Below are positions 1-9,693 of a DNA stretch of 64,000 nt, one piece after another (position 1 is the stretch's first letter; every line of letters starts with the position of its first letter). The translations under genes were made by a program, and so were the position numbers. The notes beneath the pieces are model-generated. The model was not told the origin of the DNA. It made no database searches and saw only the letters and a program-made list of their open reading frames with translations. Origin of the DNA: Planctomycetes bacterium HGW-Planctomycetes-1 (GTDB lineage: Bacteria > Planctomycetota > Phycisphaerae > Sedimentisphaerales > UBA12454); NCBI GenBank assembly GCA_002839495.1, contig PGYD01000001.1:517-64516 (forward strand), written 5' to 3'.

Positions 1-1
1 C

Positions 2-2782
2 CCTTCGCAGGATATAGTGCTCGGCAATTACTATGTTACCGTCGAGAAAAAAGACGAAAAAGGCGAAGGAATGATTTTCGCAACACCTGCCGAAGCTATA
101 ACGGCTTACGAACTCGGCAAGGTAAGCATTCACGCAAGAGTTCAGGTCGGCCTTGCAAAAGGTATAAAAGTAATCACCGACGAAGGCATCAAGGAAAGCA
201 AAGGCGTAATTTGGACGACGCCCGGCAGATGTATTTTTAATGAAGTTTTGCCGAGAGAGCTGCCGTTCTACAATATCCTGATGGCCCAAAAATCTCTCAA
301 GAAGGTTATTAACGACTGTTTTGCGCAGGCCGACGGCAGAAAGAGCCTTAATCTTCTGGACGATTTGAAAGAACTCGGCTTTAAATACGCGACACTGGCG
401 GGATTGAGCGTCGGCATTATCGACTTAAGAATTCCTCCGGAGAAGCAGGATATTATCGACCGTACACAGAAAATAATTGACCGCATATATAAGAATTATA
501 ACGAAGGCGTTCTAACCGAGGGCGAAAGATACAATCAGGTAATCGACGCCTGGACACATGCGCGTGTCGCGGTAACCAATGCGATGATGCAGGGTCTGAA
601 AAACGATACCCGGGACGGAAAGCCTTATCTGAACCCGATATTCCTGATGAGCGATTCCGGCGCTCGAGGCAGCGTTGACCAGATTCAGCAGCTCGCCGGT
701 ATGCGAGCTTTGATGGCCAAGCCGAGCGGCGAGATTATCGAGACTCCTATTAAGTCGAACTTCCGCGAAGGCCTGAACGTTTTGGAATATTTCAGCTCGA
801 CACACGGAGCACGTAAAGGTTTGGCCGATACGGCTCTTAAGACGGCGGATTCGGGCTATCTGACAAGAAAACTCGCAGATGTCGCGCAAAATATAATTGT
901 GAACGAGATTGACTGCGGAACGCTTCAGGGCATAACCAAGGCTACGCTTTACAAAGGCGAACAGGTCGAAGTTCCGCTGCATGAATTGATAATCGGCAGA
1001 ACGGCGCGGGACAATATCCGCAATCCGATAACCGACGAAATGATAGTTCGCGAAAACGAAGTAATAACTCCGCAGGCAGCCGATAAGATTGAGGCGCTGG
1101 GACTGGAATCGATACGGGTTCGCAGTCCTCTGACGTGCGACAGCGCTTTGGGTATTTGCGCCAAGTGCTACGGCTGGGATATGAGTACGAGCAGGCTCGT
1201 GGAAGAAGGAATGGCAGTAGGCATTATCGGAGCCCAGTCGATAGGCGAGCCTGGCACACAGCTAACGATGCGTACGTTCCATACGGGCGGCATCGCGTCG
1301 CGAGCGATTCTCGAAAGCGACCAGAAATCGCCGCGAGACGGTATTATACAGTATCGCGATTTGAACGTTGTGCCTGTAAAACAGGAAGACGGCACGGAAC
1401 TGCTTGTCGCGCTGAAGCGCAGCGGTGAAATGGCGCTTGTTGACGATAAGGGCAGGGAATACGATAAGTTCAAAGTTCCCTACGGAGCGGAGATTTTTGT
1501 AAAAGACGGCGAGCACGTCAAGGCAAGAGCGAAACTGTTCGGCTGGGACCCGCACAGAGTACCGATACTGGCGGAAATAGGCGGCATAATTCGCTTCGTC
1601 GATATCGTTGAAAGCGAAACGATGCAGATTGAGGAAGAGCGCAAGGGTCTGAAAGGCAAGCCTGTAGTAATCGAACACAAAGGCGATAAGCATCCTCAGG
1701 TTATCATAGAAGACGAGGGCGGGAAAATTCTCGACGTTCATTATTTGCCCGCCAAGGCAAGAATAGAAGTTATCGAAGGCCAGAGGGTTCAGGCCGGCCA
1801 GCTTTTGGCTCGTCAGCCCCGCGGTCAGGCAGGCACGCAGGATATTACCGGCGGTCTGCCTCGTGTAACAGAAATTTTCGAGGCCCGCAAGCCGAAAGAG
1901 CCTGCGGCGATGGCGGAAATCAGCGGACGGGTCGAGCTCAAGAGCGACAAGCGCCGCGGAAAAATGACCATTATCGTCCGCAGCGAAAAGATGGAAAAAG
2001 AGCATCACGTTCCGCGCGATAGACACCTTAATGTTCACGCCGGCGACGTGGTAGAGGCGGGCGACCCGCTGACAGACGGACCTTTGGTTCCGCACGATAT
2101 TCTGAGAATAAAGGGCGAAGAATCGCTGCAGAGGTATCTGCTTGCCGAAGTTCAGAATGTTTACCGTTCCCAGAACGTAGGCATTAATGACAAGCATGTC
2201 GAGATAATTGTTTCTCAGATGCTGCAAAAAGTCGAGATTGAATCGGTCGGCGACAGCAATTTCCTGCCGGGCGATATAGTGCCGAAACATACGTTCCGCA
2301 AATCCAACGAAGAGCTTTCGCAAAGCCTTAAGATAGCCGATGCGGGCGAGACAGACCTCGTGGTCGGTCAGGTATATAGCAAGGCGGAAATCGAACAGGC
2401 CAACGAGAAGGTCGAAAAACTCGGCGGCTCTTCAGCTAAAGGCAAGAAGCCCCGTCCGGCGACGGCCAAGACGCTTCTTATGGGCATAACCAAGGCATCG
2501 CTGCAGTCGGAAAGCTTCATATCAGCGGCGAGCTTCCAGGAAACTACCAAAGTCTTGACGGAAGCGGCTTTAGGTGGTAAAGTGGACGAGTTAATCGGTT
2601 TGAAGGAAAACGTAATATTGGGACATCTGATTCCCGCCGGCACAGCATTCAAGCCGCATCTTGAAATGAGAGTTAAACATCTTGCCAAGGCGCCGCTGCC
2701 GAAGGAACTTGCCGAACTCAAGGAAAGCCACGATGTAGAAGAACAGGCCGAAGCGGCTGCAAGGGCGGCACTGGGCCTGTAG
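2..2782 (+). CDS. rpoC: DNA-directed RNA polymerase subunit beta-prime, C-terminal ~926 aa (5' end outside window)
   Basis: Frame runs off the left edge. Translation carries conserved beta-prime blocks ([49 protein letters not shown]). Followed by rpsL-rpsG-fusA as in the canonical arrangement. Confidence 0.97.
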   Translation, partial: PSQDIVLGNYYVTVEKKDEKGEGMIFATPAEAITAYELGKVSIHARVQVGLAKGIKVITDEGIKESKGVIWTTPGRCIFNEVLPRELPFYNILMAQKSLKKVINDCFAQADGRKSLNLLDDLKELGFKYATLAGLSVGIIDLRIPPEKQDIIDRTQKIIDRIYKNYNEGVLTEGERYNQVIDAWTHARVAVTNAMMQGLKNDTRDGKPYLNPIFLMSDSGARGSVDQIQQLAGMRALMAKPSGEIIETPIKSNFREGLNVLEYFSSTHGARKGLADTALKTADSGYLTRKLADVAQNIIVNEIDCGTLQGITKATLYKGEQVEVPLHELIIGRTARDNIRNPITDEMIVRENEVITPQAADKIEALGLESIRVRSPLTCDSALGICAKCYGWDMSTSRLVEEGMAVGIIGAQSIGEPGTQLTMRTFHTGGIASRAILESDQKSPRDGIIQYRDLNVVPVKQEDGTELLVALKRSGEMALVDDKGREYDKFKVPYGAEIFVKDGEHVKARAKLFGWDPHRVPILAEIGGIIRFVDIVESETMQIEEERKGLKGKPVVIEHKGDKHPQVIIEDEGGKILDVHYLPAKARIEVIEGQRVQAGQLLARQPRGQAGTQDITGGLPRVTEIFEARKPKEPAAMAEISGRVELKSDKRRGKMTIIVRSEKMEKEHHVPRDRHLNVHAGDVVEAGDPLTDGPLVPHDILRIKGEESLQRYLLAEVQNVYRSQNVGINDKHVEIIVSQMLQKVEIESVGDSNFLPGDIVPKHTFRKSNEELSQSLKIADAGETDLVVGQVYSKAEIEQANEKVEKLGGSSAKGKKPRPATAKTLLMGITKASLQSESFISAASFQETTKVLTEAALGGKVDELIGLKENVILGHLIPAGTAFKPHLEMRVKHLAKAPLPKELAELKESHDVEEQAEAAARAALGL

Positions 2783-2870
2783 TAAGAATTGAAAATTTAA
2801 TATTTTTTAGTTATCGGTTTACAAAAAGTAAGAAGTTTAAGGTTTGGACAATTTTAAATTTGGAGTAATA

Positions 2871-3236
2871 ATGCCGACGATAAACCAATTAGTGAAAAAA
2901 GGAAGAGGCAAAAAAGGCAAAAAGCGTGTGTCTGATATATCAGGTATGCCGCAAAAGCGCGGAGTATGCCTGATAGTAAGGACGCAAACGCCGAAGAAGC
3001 CTAACTCTGCCCTTCGAAAAATTGCGCGTGTAAGACTGACCAACGGAAAAGAAGTAACCGCCTATATTCCGGGCGTTGACCATAACCTGCAGGAACACAG
3101 TACGGTTCTTATCAGGGGCGGCAGAGTCAGGGATTTGCCGGGCGTTCGGTATCATATAGTTCGCGGGACACTCGATACGGCAGGAGTAGCTGGCCGTAAG
3201 CGCAGCAGAAGTAAATACGGCGCAAAGAAGACGTAA
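2871..3236 (+). CDS. rpsL: 30S ribosomal protein S12
   Basis: [12 protein letters not shown]... is the typical S12 N-terminus. I prefer ATG 2871 (GGAG 8 nt upstream) over the ORF-track start at 2844. Confidence 0.96.
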   Translation: MPTINQLVKKGRGKKGKKRVSDISGMPQKRGVCLIVRTQTPKKPNSALRKIARVRLTNGKEVTAYIPGVDHNLQEHSTVLIRGGRVRDLPGVRYHIVRGTLDTAGVAGRKRSRSKYGAKKT

Positions 3237-3383
3237 AAATCCTAATCACTAAATCCTAAATTCTAAACAAATTCAAAATATAAAAAATTAATGTTCAAAA
3301 CGCCGGAAGCGTGAATTTTGGAAATTAGGATTTTGGTTATTAGGATTTGTTTAGGATTTAGATATTAGAATTTGGGATTTTCC
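3237..3383 (+). repeat. Long AT-rich imperfect hairpin built from 9-mers (AAATCCTAA x2 and AAATTCTAA on the left; TTAGGATTT x3 and TTAGAATTT on the right)
   Basis: Read directly. AAATCCTAA at 3237 and 3251, AAATTCTAA at 3258, TTAGGATTT at 3325, 3340 and 3351, TTAGAATTT at 3365. Also AAACAAAT (3265-3272) / ATTTGTTT (3345-3352). Confidence 0.7.
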
Positions 3384-3399
3384 TTTAAGAAAGGTAAAT

Positions 3400-3873
3400 A
3401 TGGCAAAAAAGTTTACTGCTTCGGCAAAACAGTTAAAGCCGGACGCGAGATACAACAGCAAGCTTGTTCAGAAATTCATCAACTCAATGATGTGGCAGGG
3501 CAAGAAATCCGTCGCTACACAGATTTTTTACGATGCGATGGATATAGTAGCCAAAAGAGTCAAGGAAGTTGCCCCGCTCGAAGTTTTTGAAACAGCTATA
3601 AACAATGTGAAGCCGCATCTCGAAGTCCGCTCGAAACGCGTCGGCGGTGCAAGTTATCAGGTTCCTATGCCTGTTAATCCGAGACGTCAGCAGTCTCTGG
3701 CGTTCAGATGGATACTGGCGTCGTCTCGCGGCAAAAAAGGCAAGGCTATGTGCGAACGGCTCGCATCGGAGATTACCGACGCATATAACAGACAGGGCGG
3801 CGCAATGACTACACGCGATAATATCCATAAGATGGCAGAAGCCAACAAGGCCTTCGCTCACTTCGCCTGGTAG
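3400..3873 (+). CDS. rpsG: 30S ribosomal protein S7
   Basis: 157 aa, ends ...[13 protein letters not shown] (typical S7 C-terminus). Position after rpsL. Confidence 0.96.
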   Translation: MAKKFTASAKQLKPDARYNSKLVQKFINSMMWQGKKSVATQIFYDAMDIVAKRVKEVAPLEVFETAINNVKPHLEVRSKRVGGASYQVPMPVNPRRQQSLAFRWILASSRGKKGKAMCERLASEITDAYNRQGGAMTTRDNIHKMAEANKAFAHFAW

Positions 3874-3889
3874 TAACAGAAATTATAAG

Positions 3890-3930
3890 TGCCACGGTAG
3901 TTTTTTCGATTTAACCGTGGCATTTTTCTT
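3890..3930 (+). terminator. Intrinsic-terminator-like hairpin between rpsG and fusA
   Basis: 9-bp stem TGCCACGGT (3890-3898) / ACCGTGGCA (3914-3922), 15-nt loop, then TTTTTCTTT. Confidence 0.5.
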
Positions 3931-3936
3931 TAAAAA

Positions 3937-4020
3937 GGAAGTAAGGATGTAAAGAAATAGAGAAGTAAGGAAAAGACATCCAAATTCCTTGTATCCTTAA
4001 TTCTTTATTTCCTTACTTCC
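3937..4020 (+). repeat. Long purine-rich imperfect hairpin immediately upstream of fusA
   Basis: Perfect 11-bp base GGAAGTAAGGA (3937-3947) / TCCTTACTTCC (4010-4020). Inner arms are partly complementary (TAAAGAA, AAGGAA units). Confidence 0.65.
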
Positions 4021-4031
4021 ATAAAAAAATT

Positions 4032-6113
4032 ATGCCCGAATCATTAAAAAAACTTCGCAACATCGGAATAATGGCGCACATCGACGCCGGCAAGACCACT
4101 CTAACCGAACGCGTTCTCTTTTATACCGGCAAGACATATAAAATGGGCGAAGTCCACGACGGTACGGCTGTTATGGACTATCTGACCGAAGAGCAGGAAC
4201 GCGGCATAACGATTACATCGGCGGCTACGACCTGTCCGTGGAAAGAATGGGTCTTTAACCTTATCGATACTCCCGGACACGTGGATTTTACCGCTGAAGT
4301 CGAACGTTCGCTTCGCGTTCTCGACGGCGCGATTGCGGTGTTCGACGCTTCCGAAGGCGTTCAGGCACAAAGCGAAACGGTCTGGCGGCAGGGACAAAAA
4401 TATAATCTGCCCGCGATATGCTTCATTAACAAAATGGACAAGACAGGGGCGGACTTCGAGATGTCTGTCGAAAGCATCAAAGAAAAACTTATCGCACATC
4501 CTGTTTGTCTTCAGATTCCTATCGGGGCCGATACGACATTCGAGGGGCTTATCGACCTTGTCGAAATGAAAGCTGTTTATTATCAGCCTCAGGAGCTGGG
4601 CGTTGCTTTCGAGGAAAGAGAAATCCCTGATGATTTAAAACAGCAAGCCGAAAAAGGCCGGCACGATATGCTCGAGGCGCTCGCTGAATTCGACGAAGAG
4701 CTTATGGATAAATATGTGCATAACGACCCCGTCAGTTCGGAATTGATACATCGGGCGACGAGAAAAGGCACACTTGCCGGCAAGCTTAATCCCGTTTTTC
4801 TCGGCTCAGCCCTGCGGTATATCGGCGTGCAAAGACTTCTTGACGGCGTTGGCAGATATTTTCCATCGCCTCTCGATAGGCCCGATGTTGTGGGCCACAA
4901 GCCGGGCGATACCGAGCACAAGATAAAACTTAAATGCGACCGGCACAAAAGTTTCGCAGCGCTGGCTTTCAAAATAATAAACGATAAACACGGCGACCTG
5001 TATTTTTTGAGGATTTATCAGGGCACTCTCAAAAGCGGCACAAGGGTTCTTAACGCAAATCGCGGCTGCAAAGAAAATATTACGCGGCTGTTCAAAATGC
5101 ACGCCGGCAGCAGAGAAATAGTAGATTCCGTCCGTGCCGGCGATATCGTTGCCTGCATCGGTCTTAGAGAAACGCTTACCGGCGATACGGTCTGTGATAC
5201 CAAAAGTCCGATAATGCTTGAGAATATAGAATTTCCTGAAGCGGTGATTAGTATGTCGATAGAGCCTAACAGCGCCTCGGACAGAGAGAAACTTGCCGGC
5301 GGCCTGGCGGCGCTTAGAAAAGAAGACCCCACCTTTCAGACAAAATTTGACGCGGAAACCGGACAAACTATTATAAGCGGAATGGGAGAGCTGCACCTTG
5401 AAGTGCTGCAGCACCGGCTCATACGAGATATGAAAATCAATGTCAGGGTCGGCAAACCGAAAGTGGCCTATCGGGAAGCTATCACGAAAAAGGTCGAACA
5501 GCAGGGCAGATTTATCCGTCAGACCGGCGGACATGGTCAATATGGCGATGTGATTATTACGATGGAACCGCTGCTGGACGAGGCCGGCAATTATCACAAA
5601 CACGTCGAATTTGTGAACAAAATCATAGGCGGCTCAATTCCGAGAGAGTATATCCCAGCGGTCGAAAGCGGCGTTAAAGAGGCCTGTACAAGCGGAGAAT
5701 TGGCGGGCTATCCTGTTGTAGGAGCAAGAGTTACGTTAATAGACGGCTCTTTTCATACGGTAGATTCTTCCGAGCTTGCGTTCGAACAGGCCGCTGTGCT
5801 CGCTGTTCGAGAGGCACTTAGAAAAGCGGGAAGCGTTCTGCTCGAACCGATTATGAAACTGGAGGTAGTTATACCAGATTCCGATTACGGGCCGGTTCAG
5901 GGTAATATCATAAGCAAAAGAGGAATGATAACCGATTCGCGCATTCACGGGAAGATGAGGACGATTGATGCGAAAGTTCCGCTGGCCGAGATGTTCGGCT
6001 ATTCAAGCGAACTAAGGGGCATAACCAGCGGACGAGGCAACTTCGTAATGGAACCGCTGACCTACGAAAAAGTACCCGAACAAATTTCAGAAAAAATATT
6101 GGCAGGCTATTGA
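4032..6113 (+). CDS. fusA: Translation elongation factor G
   Basis: 693 aa. G1 [22 protein letters not shown] motifs. Position after rpsG. Confidence 0.97.
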   Translation: MPESLKKLRNIGIMAHIDAGKTTLTERVLFYTGKTYKMGEVHDGTAVMDYLTEEQERGITITSAATTCPWKEWVFNLIDTPGHVDFTAEVERSLRVLDGAIAVFDASEGVQAQSETVWRQGQKYNLPAICFINKMDKTGADFEMSVESIKEKLIAHPVCLQIPIGADTTFEGLIDLVEMKAVYYQPQELGVAFEEREIPDDLKQQAEKGRHDMLEALAEFDEELMDKYVHNDPVSSELIHRATRKGTLAGKLNPVFLGSALRYIGVQRLLDGVGRYFPSPLDRPDVVGHKPGDTEHKIKLKCDRHKSFAALAFKIINDKHGDLYFLRIYQGTLKSGTRVLNANRGCKENITRLFKMHAGSREIVDSVRAGDIVACIGLRETLTGDTVCDTKSPIMLENIEFPEAVISMSIEPNSASDREKLAGGLAALRKEDPTFQTKFDAETGQTIISGMGELHLEVLQHRLIRDMKINVRVGKPKVAYREAITKKVEQQGRFIRQTGGHGQYGDVIITMEPLLDEAGNYHKHVEFVNKIIGGSIPREYIPAVESGVKEACTSGELAGYPVVGARVTLIDGSFHTVDSSELAFEQAAVLAVREALRKAGSVLLEPIMKLEVVIPDSDYGPVQGNIISKRGMITDSRIHGKMRTIDAKVPLAEMFGYSSELRGITSGRGNFVMEPLTYEKVPEQISEKILAGY

Positions 6114-6489
6114 CCTGATTAAAAATATCTGGTATAAAACCCACTTCCTCAGCCGTAGCGAGCCCCCTCTGCTTCTTGCGAAGCAAAAGAGGGGGCGTTC
6201 CGAGTTGGGCTGATTAAACATATCAGAACAGAGCTACTGAAGATTAAACGGCTATATAGGCAGTTTAGCCGTAAAAATAACAGGCGATATTGTTTGTCTT
6301 GTTTTTTACGAATTTTCGGCTGGAAAAGTGTATTTTTTTAGAAAAATGTGCATTTTCAGCATTATTATTGTTGATTTTTGATTTTTTTGAGATTATCTTC
6401 CTATGTTTTCGCCTCTGGCGAGGCTGGCGGCGTTAAGTTTCGCAGTGATTGTAAGTTAGTGTGTTTTTGGCTTTTTTTAAAGAGCTGAT

Positions 6490-6804
6490 ATGGCAGTAGA
6501 AACAGAAAGAATTCGAATAAGAATGGAAGCGTACGACCCGCGTGCTCTCGATACCTCCGCTAAAGAAATAGTGGAGCAGGCACGCAGGACAAACGCAAGG
6601 GTGAGCGGACCGATTCCGCTTCCGACACGGATAGAAAGATATACTGTTCTGCGAAGTCCGCACGTCGATAAGAAAAGCCGGGACCAGTTCGAGATGCGCA
6701 CACATAAAAGGCTAATCGACATCTACGAAGCAAACGCAAGGACAGTAGAAGCATTGAATCGTCTTGTCGTTCCAGCCGGTGTGTTTGTGAAGATAAAGGC
6801 ATAA
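6490..6804 (+). CDS. rpsJ: 30S ribosomal protein S10
   Basis: 104 aa, [14 protein letters not shown]...SGPIPLPT... typical S10. First gene of the S10 cluster. Confidence 0.96.
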   Translation: MAVETERIRIRMEAYDPRALDTSAKEIVEQARRTNARVSGPIPLPTRIERYTVLRSPHVDKKSRDQFEMRTHKRLIDIYEANARTVEALNRLVVPAGVFVKIKA

Positions 6805-6817
6805 TATAGACAGGATA

Positions 6818-6857
6818 AAAACGTAAAGTGCGAAGTGTACTTTACGTTTTTCTTTTT
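6818..6857 (+). terminator. Terminator/attenuator-like hairpin between rpsJ and rplC
   Basis: 12-bp perfect stem AAAACGTAAAGT (6818-6829) / ACTTTACGTTTT (6839-6850), 9-nt loop, T-run TTTTTCTTTTT. Confidence 0.5.
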
Positions 6858-6886
6858 AGACAGCAGCAAAGAGGTTTGGAAAAACT

Positions 6887-7531
6887 ATGATGCTTGTTGG
6901 TAAAAAAATTGGAATAACGCAGGTATATGACGATACCGGCAAAATACTGCCTGCAACGGTAATACTGGCTGGACCCTGCACGGTAACGCAGGTAAAAACC
7001 GCAGAGACGGACGGCTATAACGCTGTGCAGCTCGGCTTCGAAGACGTTAAGGCTAATAGGGTTATAAGATCCGCGGAAGGACACGCGAAAAAGGCCAATG
7101 CTGTCCCGAAGAAATTCGTCAGAGAGTCGAGACTCGGGGCCGAAGCCTCGCCGTATAAACTGGGCGATGTGGTAACGGTCGCGGCGTTCGCGGAAGTGAA
7201 ATTCGTCGATGTTACCGGCACGAGCAAAGGCAAAGGATTCGCCGGCGTTATGAAGCGGCACGGATTCGGCGGTTTTCCGGCAAGTCACGGCACCGAAAGA
7301 AAACACCGCGCCCCCGGCTCTATCGGCGGCCATGCGGCTAACAGAGGATGGGGCGGAAAGCCTGCAAAAGGCAAACGAATGGCAGGACATATGGGCAATG
7401 TCAAAATTACGAGCAAAAATCACGCACTTGTAAGCGTTGACGTTGAGAAAAATTTAATCGTTGTCAAAGGTTCCATACCGGGACCATGCGGCGGATACGT
7501 AGTAGTAAAACAAAGCAAGGGAAAGAAATAA
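6887..7531 (+). CDS. rplC: 50S ribosomal protein L3
   Basis: 214 aa, MMLVGKKIGITQVY... typical L3 N-terminus. Gene order. Confidence 0.95.
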   Translation: MMLVGKKIGITQVYDDTGKILPATVILAGPCTVTQVKTAETDGYNAVQLGFEDVKANRVIRSAEGHAKKANAVPKKFVRESRLGAEASPYKLGDVVTVAAFAEVKFVDVTGTSKGKGFAGVMKRHGFGGFPASHGTERKHRAPGSIGGHAANRGWGGKPAKGKRMAGHMGNVKITSKNHALVSVDVEKNLIVVKGSIPGPCGGYVVVKQSKGKK

Positions 7532-7548
7532 ATTTTTAAGCTATATAT

Positions 7549-8181
7549 ATGATTAATGTACCAGTACATAACGGAAAAGGCCAGGAAGTCGAAAGCCTGA
7601 AAGTTGACGAGGCGATTTTCGGCGGACGCATCAGATACGACCTGCTCAAACAGGCAATCGTGATGTATCACGCCAATAAGCGAGTCGGAACAGCGGCGAC
7701 GAAAAGCAGGAGTATGGTCGAAGGCTCGACGAGAAAGATTTACCGCCAAAAAGGCACAGGCAACGCCCGTGCAGGCGCAGTCAGAACCGGCGTTCGCAGA
7801 GGCGGCGGCGTGATATTCGCCAAGACTGCCCGCGACTTCGGGAAAGATATGCCGAAGAAACAAAAACAACTGGCAAGAGACTCGGCGATACTTTCCAAAC
7901 TTCAGGCCGGCAGCGTCGTCGTTGTCGATGAGCTGAAATTCGAGGCTCCGAAAACGAAAGATTTCGTAAAAGTATTGGGAAATCTGAAAATCGACAGGAG
8001 CTGCCTTGTAACTCTCGGCCAGCCTGACGAAAATATCTATAAGTCGGCAAGAAACGTGCCGGGCATCGCTGTAATAAAAGTGGCAGACCTCAACGCAGGC
8101 GATATATGCAACAGACAAAAAATGCTGTTTACCAAAGAAGCGTTTGTCTCGCTGATTGAAAAGAAAAAGAAAAATGATTAA
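7549..8181 (+). CDS. rplD: 50S ribosomal protein L4
   Basis: 210 aa, ...RQKGTGNARAG... L4 signature. Gene order. Confidence 0.95.
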   Translation: MINVPVHNGKGQEVESLKVDEAIFGGRIRYDLLKQAIVMYHANKRVGTAATKSRSMVEGSTRKIYRQKGTGNARAGAVRTGVRRGGGVIFAKTARDFGKDMPKKQKQLARDSAILSKLQAGSVVVVDELKFEAPKTKDFVKVLGNLKIDRSCLVTLGQPDENIYKSARNVPGIAVIKVADLNAGDICNRQKMLFTKEAFVSLIEKKKKND

Positions 8182-8222
8182 TTACGTCGCCGCAGCGGCG
8201 ACGGCTAAACGGAATAGATAAA

Positions 8223-8501
8223 ATGGACGACCATGAAATAGTAGTAAGGCCGATTATAACCGAGCAGAGTACGCATTTTGCGAATGTCAAGAAAGCATAC
8301 TCTTTCGAGGTTAACGTCAAGGCCAACAAGGCCCAGATAAAACAGGCGATAGAGCGGTTATACGAAGTTAAAGTAAAAGATGTCCGTACAGCCAACCGTA
8401 AAGGCAAGCTTCGCCGCAAAGGCAGATTTATAGGCAAGAAGTCGGACTGGAAAAAAGCGGTAGTAGTGCTGGACGAGCAGTATCATATAGATTTATTCTA
8501 A
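8223..8501 (+). CDS. rplW: 50S ribosomal protein L23
   Basis: 92 aa, ...RPIITEQS...FEV...ANKAQIKQAIE.LY.VKV... Gene order. Confidence 0.94.
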   Translation: MDDHEIVVRPIITEQSTHFANVKKAYSFEVNVKANKAQIKQAIERLYEVKVKDVRTANRKGKLRRKGRFIGKKSDWKKAVVVLDEQYHIDLF

Positions 8502-8515
8502 GCGGGTGAATAATT

Positions 8516-9367
8516 ATGGGTATTAAGATATACAGACCAACATCGAACGGACGGCGAAACCAATCGGTGAACGATTACGCCGAGCTGACAACAGACCGTC
8601 CGCAGAAGAGTCTGTGCGCAAGGATAAAAAAGGCCGGCGGCAAGAACAACCAGGGAATAACAACCTGCCGTTTCCGCGGCGGCGGCGCAAGAAGACTTTA
8701 CAGGATTATCGATTTCAAGCGCAACAAAGACGGTATGACCGCGACAGTGGAAACAGTGGAATATGACCCGAACAGAAACTGTTTTATTTCTCTTGTTGGT
8801 TATGAAGACGGTGAAAAAAGATATATTCTCGCTCCTCAGGGGCTGACAGTAGGCCAGAAGATAGAGAGCGGCCATCAGGTCGAGCCGCAGGTCGGCAATA
8901 CGATGCCTCTGGGTTCGATACCAGTCGGAGTGGAAATACATAATATAGAAATGAGAGCCGGTCAGGGCGGCAAACTCGTAAGAGGCGCCGGCCTTTCGGC
9001 CAGGCTTATGGCAAGGGAAGGCGACTGGGCGACAGTAATTCTGCCGAGCGGCGAAATGAGAATGCTGCGGGTTGAGTGCAGGGCGACAATCGGAACGCTG
9101 AGCAATCCCGATTATCAGAATATCACCATCGGCAAAGCAGGCAGATGGCGTCATTATGGCAGAAGGCCGCACGTAAGGGGCAAAGCAATGAACCCGGTAG
9201 CTCATCCGATGGGCGGCGGCGAAGGCAGAGCCAACGGCGGCAGACATCCGTGTTCTCCGACAGGCGTACTGGCCAAAGGCGGCAAGACGAGAAATCCTCG
9301 CAAGACGAGCGGCAAGAGAATAATACGCAGAAGAAAAACTAACCGCGGCGAGCAGTTAGTATTGTAA
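8516..9367 (+). CDS. rplB: 50S ribosomal protein L2
   Basis: 283 aa, ...HRMLRVECRATIG / VRGKAMNPVAHPMGGGEGR... L2 signature. Confidence 0.96.
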   Translation: MGIKIYRPTSNGRRNQSVNDYAELTTDRPQKSLCARIKKAGGKNNQGITTCRFRGGGARRLYRIIDFKRNKDGMTATVETVEYDPNRNCFISLVGYEDGEKRYILAPQGLTVGQKIESGHQVEPQVGNTMPLGSIPVGVEIHNIEMRAGQGGKLVRGAGLSARLMAREGDWATVILPSGEMRMLRVECRATIGTLSNPDYQNITIGKAGRWRHYGRRPHVRGKAMNPVAHPMGGGEGRANGGRHPCSPTGVLAKGGKTRNPRKTSGKRIIRRRKTNRGEQLVL

Positions 9368-9393
9368 AGAAACGAAAGTGATTTGAGGCAATA

Positions 9394-9681
9394 ATGGGAC
9401 GTTCGCTTAAAAAAGGACCGTATGTAGAGCCGAAGCTTGTACAGAAGGTTTTAAAACTGAACCAGATGGGCAGCAAAGAGCCTATTAAGACGTGGTCTCG
9501 GCGAAGTACCATCGTTCCGGAGTTTGTCGGGATGACTTTTCTTGTTCATAACGGCAAGATGTTTCATAAAGTTTTTGTTACAGAAGAAATGGTAGGACAT
9601 AAACTGGGCGAATTTTCGATGACCCGTGTATTCAAAGGTCATTCCGGTGCAAAGAGTGCTGCTGCCGGACCTGCTGCATAA
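9394..9681 (+). CDS. rpsS: 30S ribosomal protein S19
   Basis: 95 aa, [11 protein letters not shown]...VHNGK.F..V.V...MVGHKLGEF typical S19. Confidence 0.96.
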   Translation: MGRSLKKGPYVEPKLVQKVLKLNQMGSKEPIKTWSRRSTIVPEFVGMTFLVHNGKMFHKVFVTEEMVGHKLGEFSMTRVFKGHSGAKSAAAGPAA

Positions 9682-9693
9682 TAAGGTGAAGCG

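Noticed and set aside
1262-2323. Long antisense ORFs inside well-supported genes (e.g. 1262-2323 in rpoC, 4806-5603 in fusA, 8498-9247 in rplB, 23164-23826 in coaX, 50982-51851 in the CDF/phosphohexomutase genes, 54330-55220 in serA, 62910-63566 in the SH3b gene)
   Set aside because: Low-complexity, Arg/Cys/Phe-rich translations with no recognisable motifs. They lie opposite strongly conserved genes, which is typical of shadow ORFs.
2844-2870. Longer N-terminal extensions given by the ORF track for rpsL (2844), rpsN (13419), rplF (14043), coaX (23143), zinc-ribbon protein (29116), ftsW (30537), GH130 (36731), UDG (41632), phosphohexomutase (52490), lipoprotein (61055) and IMPase (61568)
   Set aside because: In each case an internal ATG gives the family-typical N-terminus, has a better SD, or avoids overlap with a neighbouring gene or repeat arm. 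The longest-ORF starts are mostly GTG/TTG artefacts.
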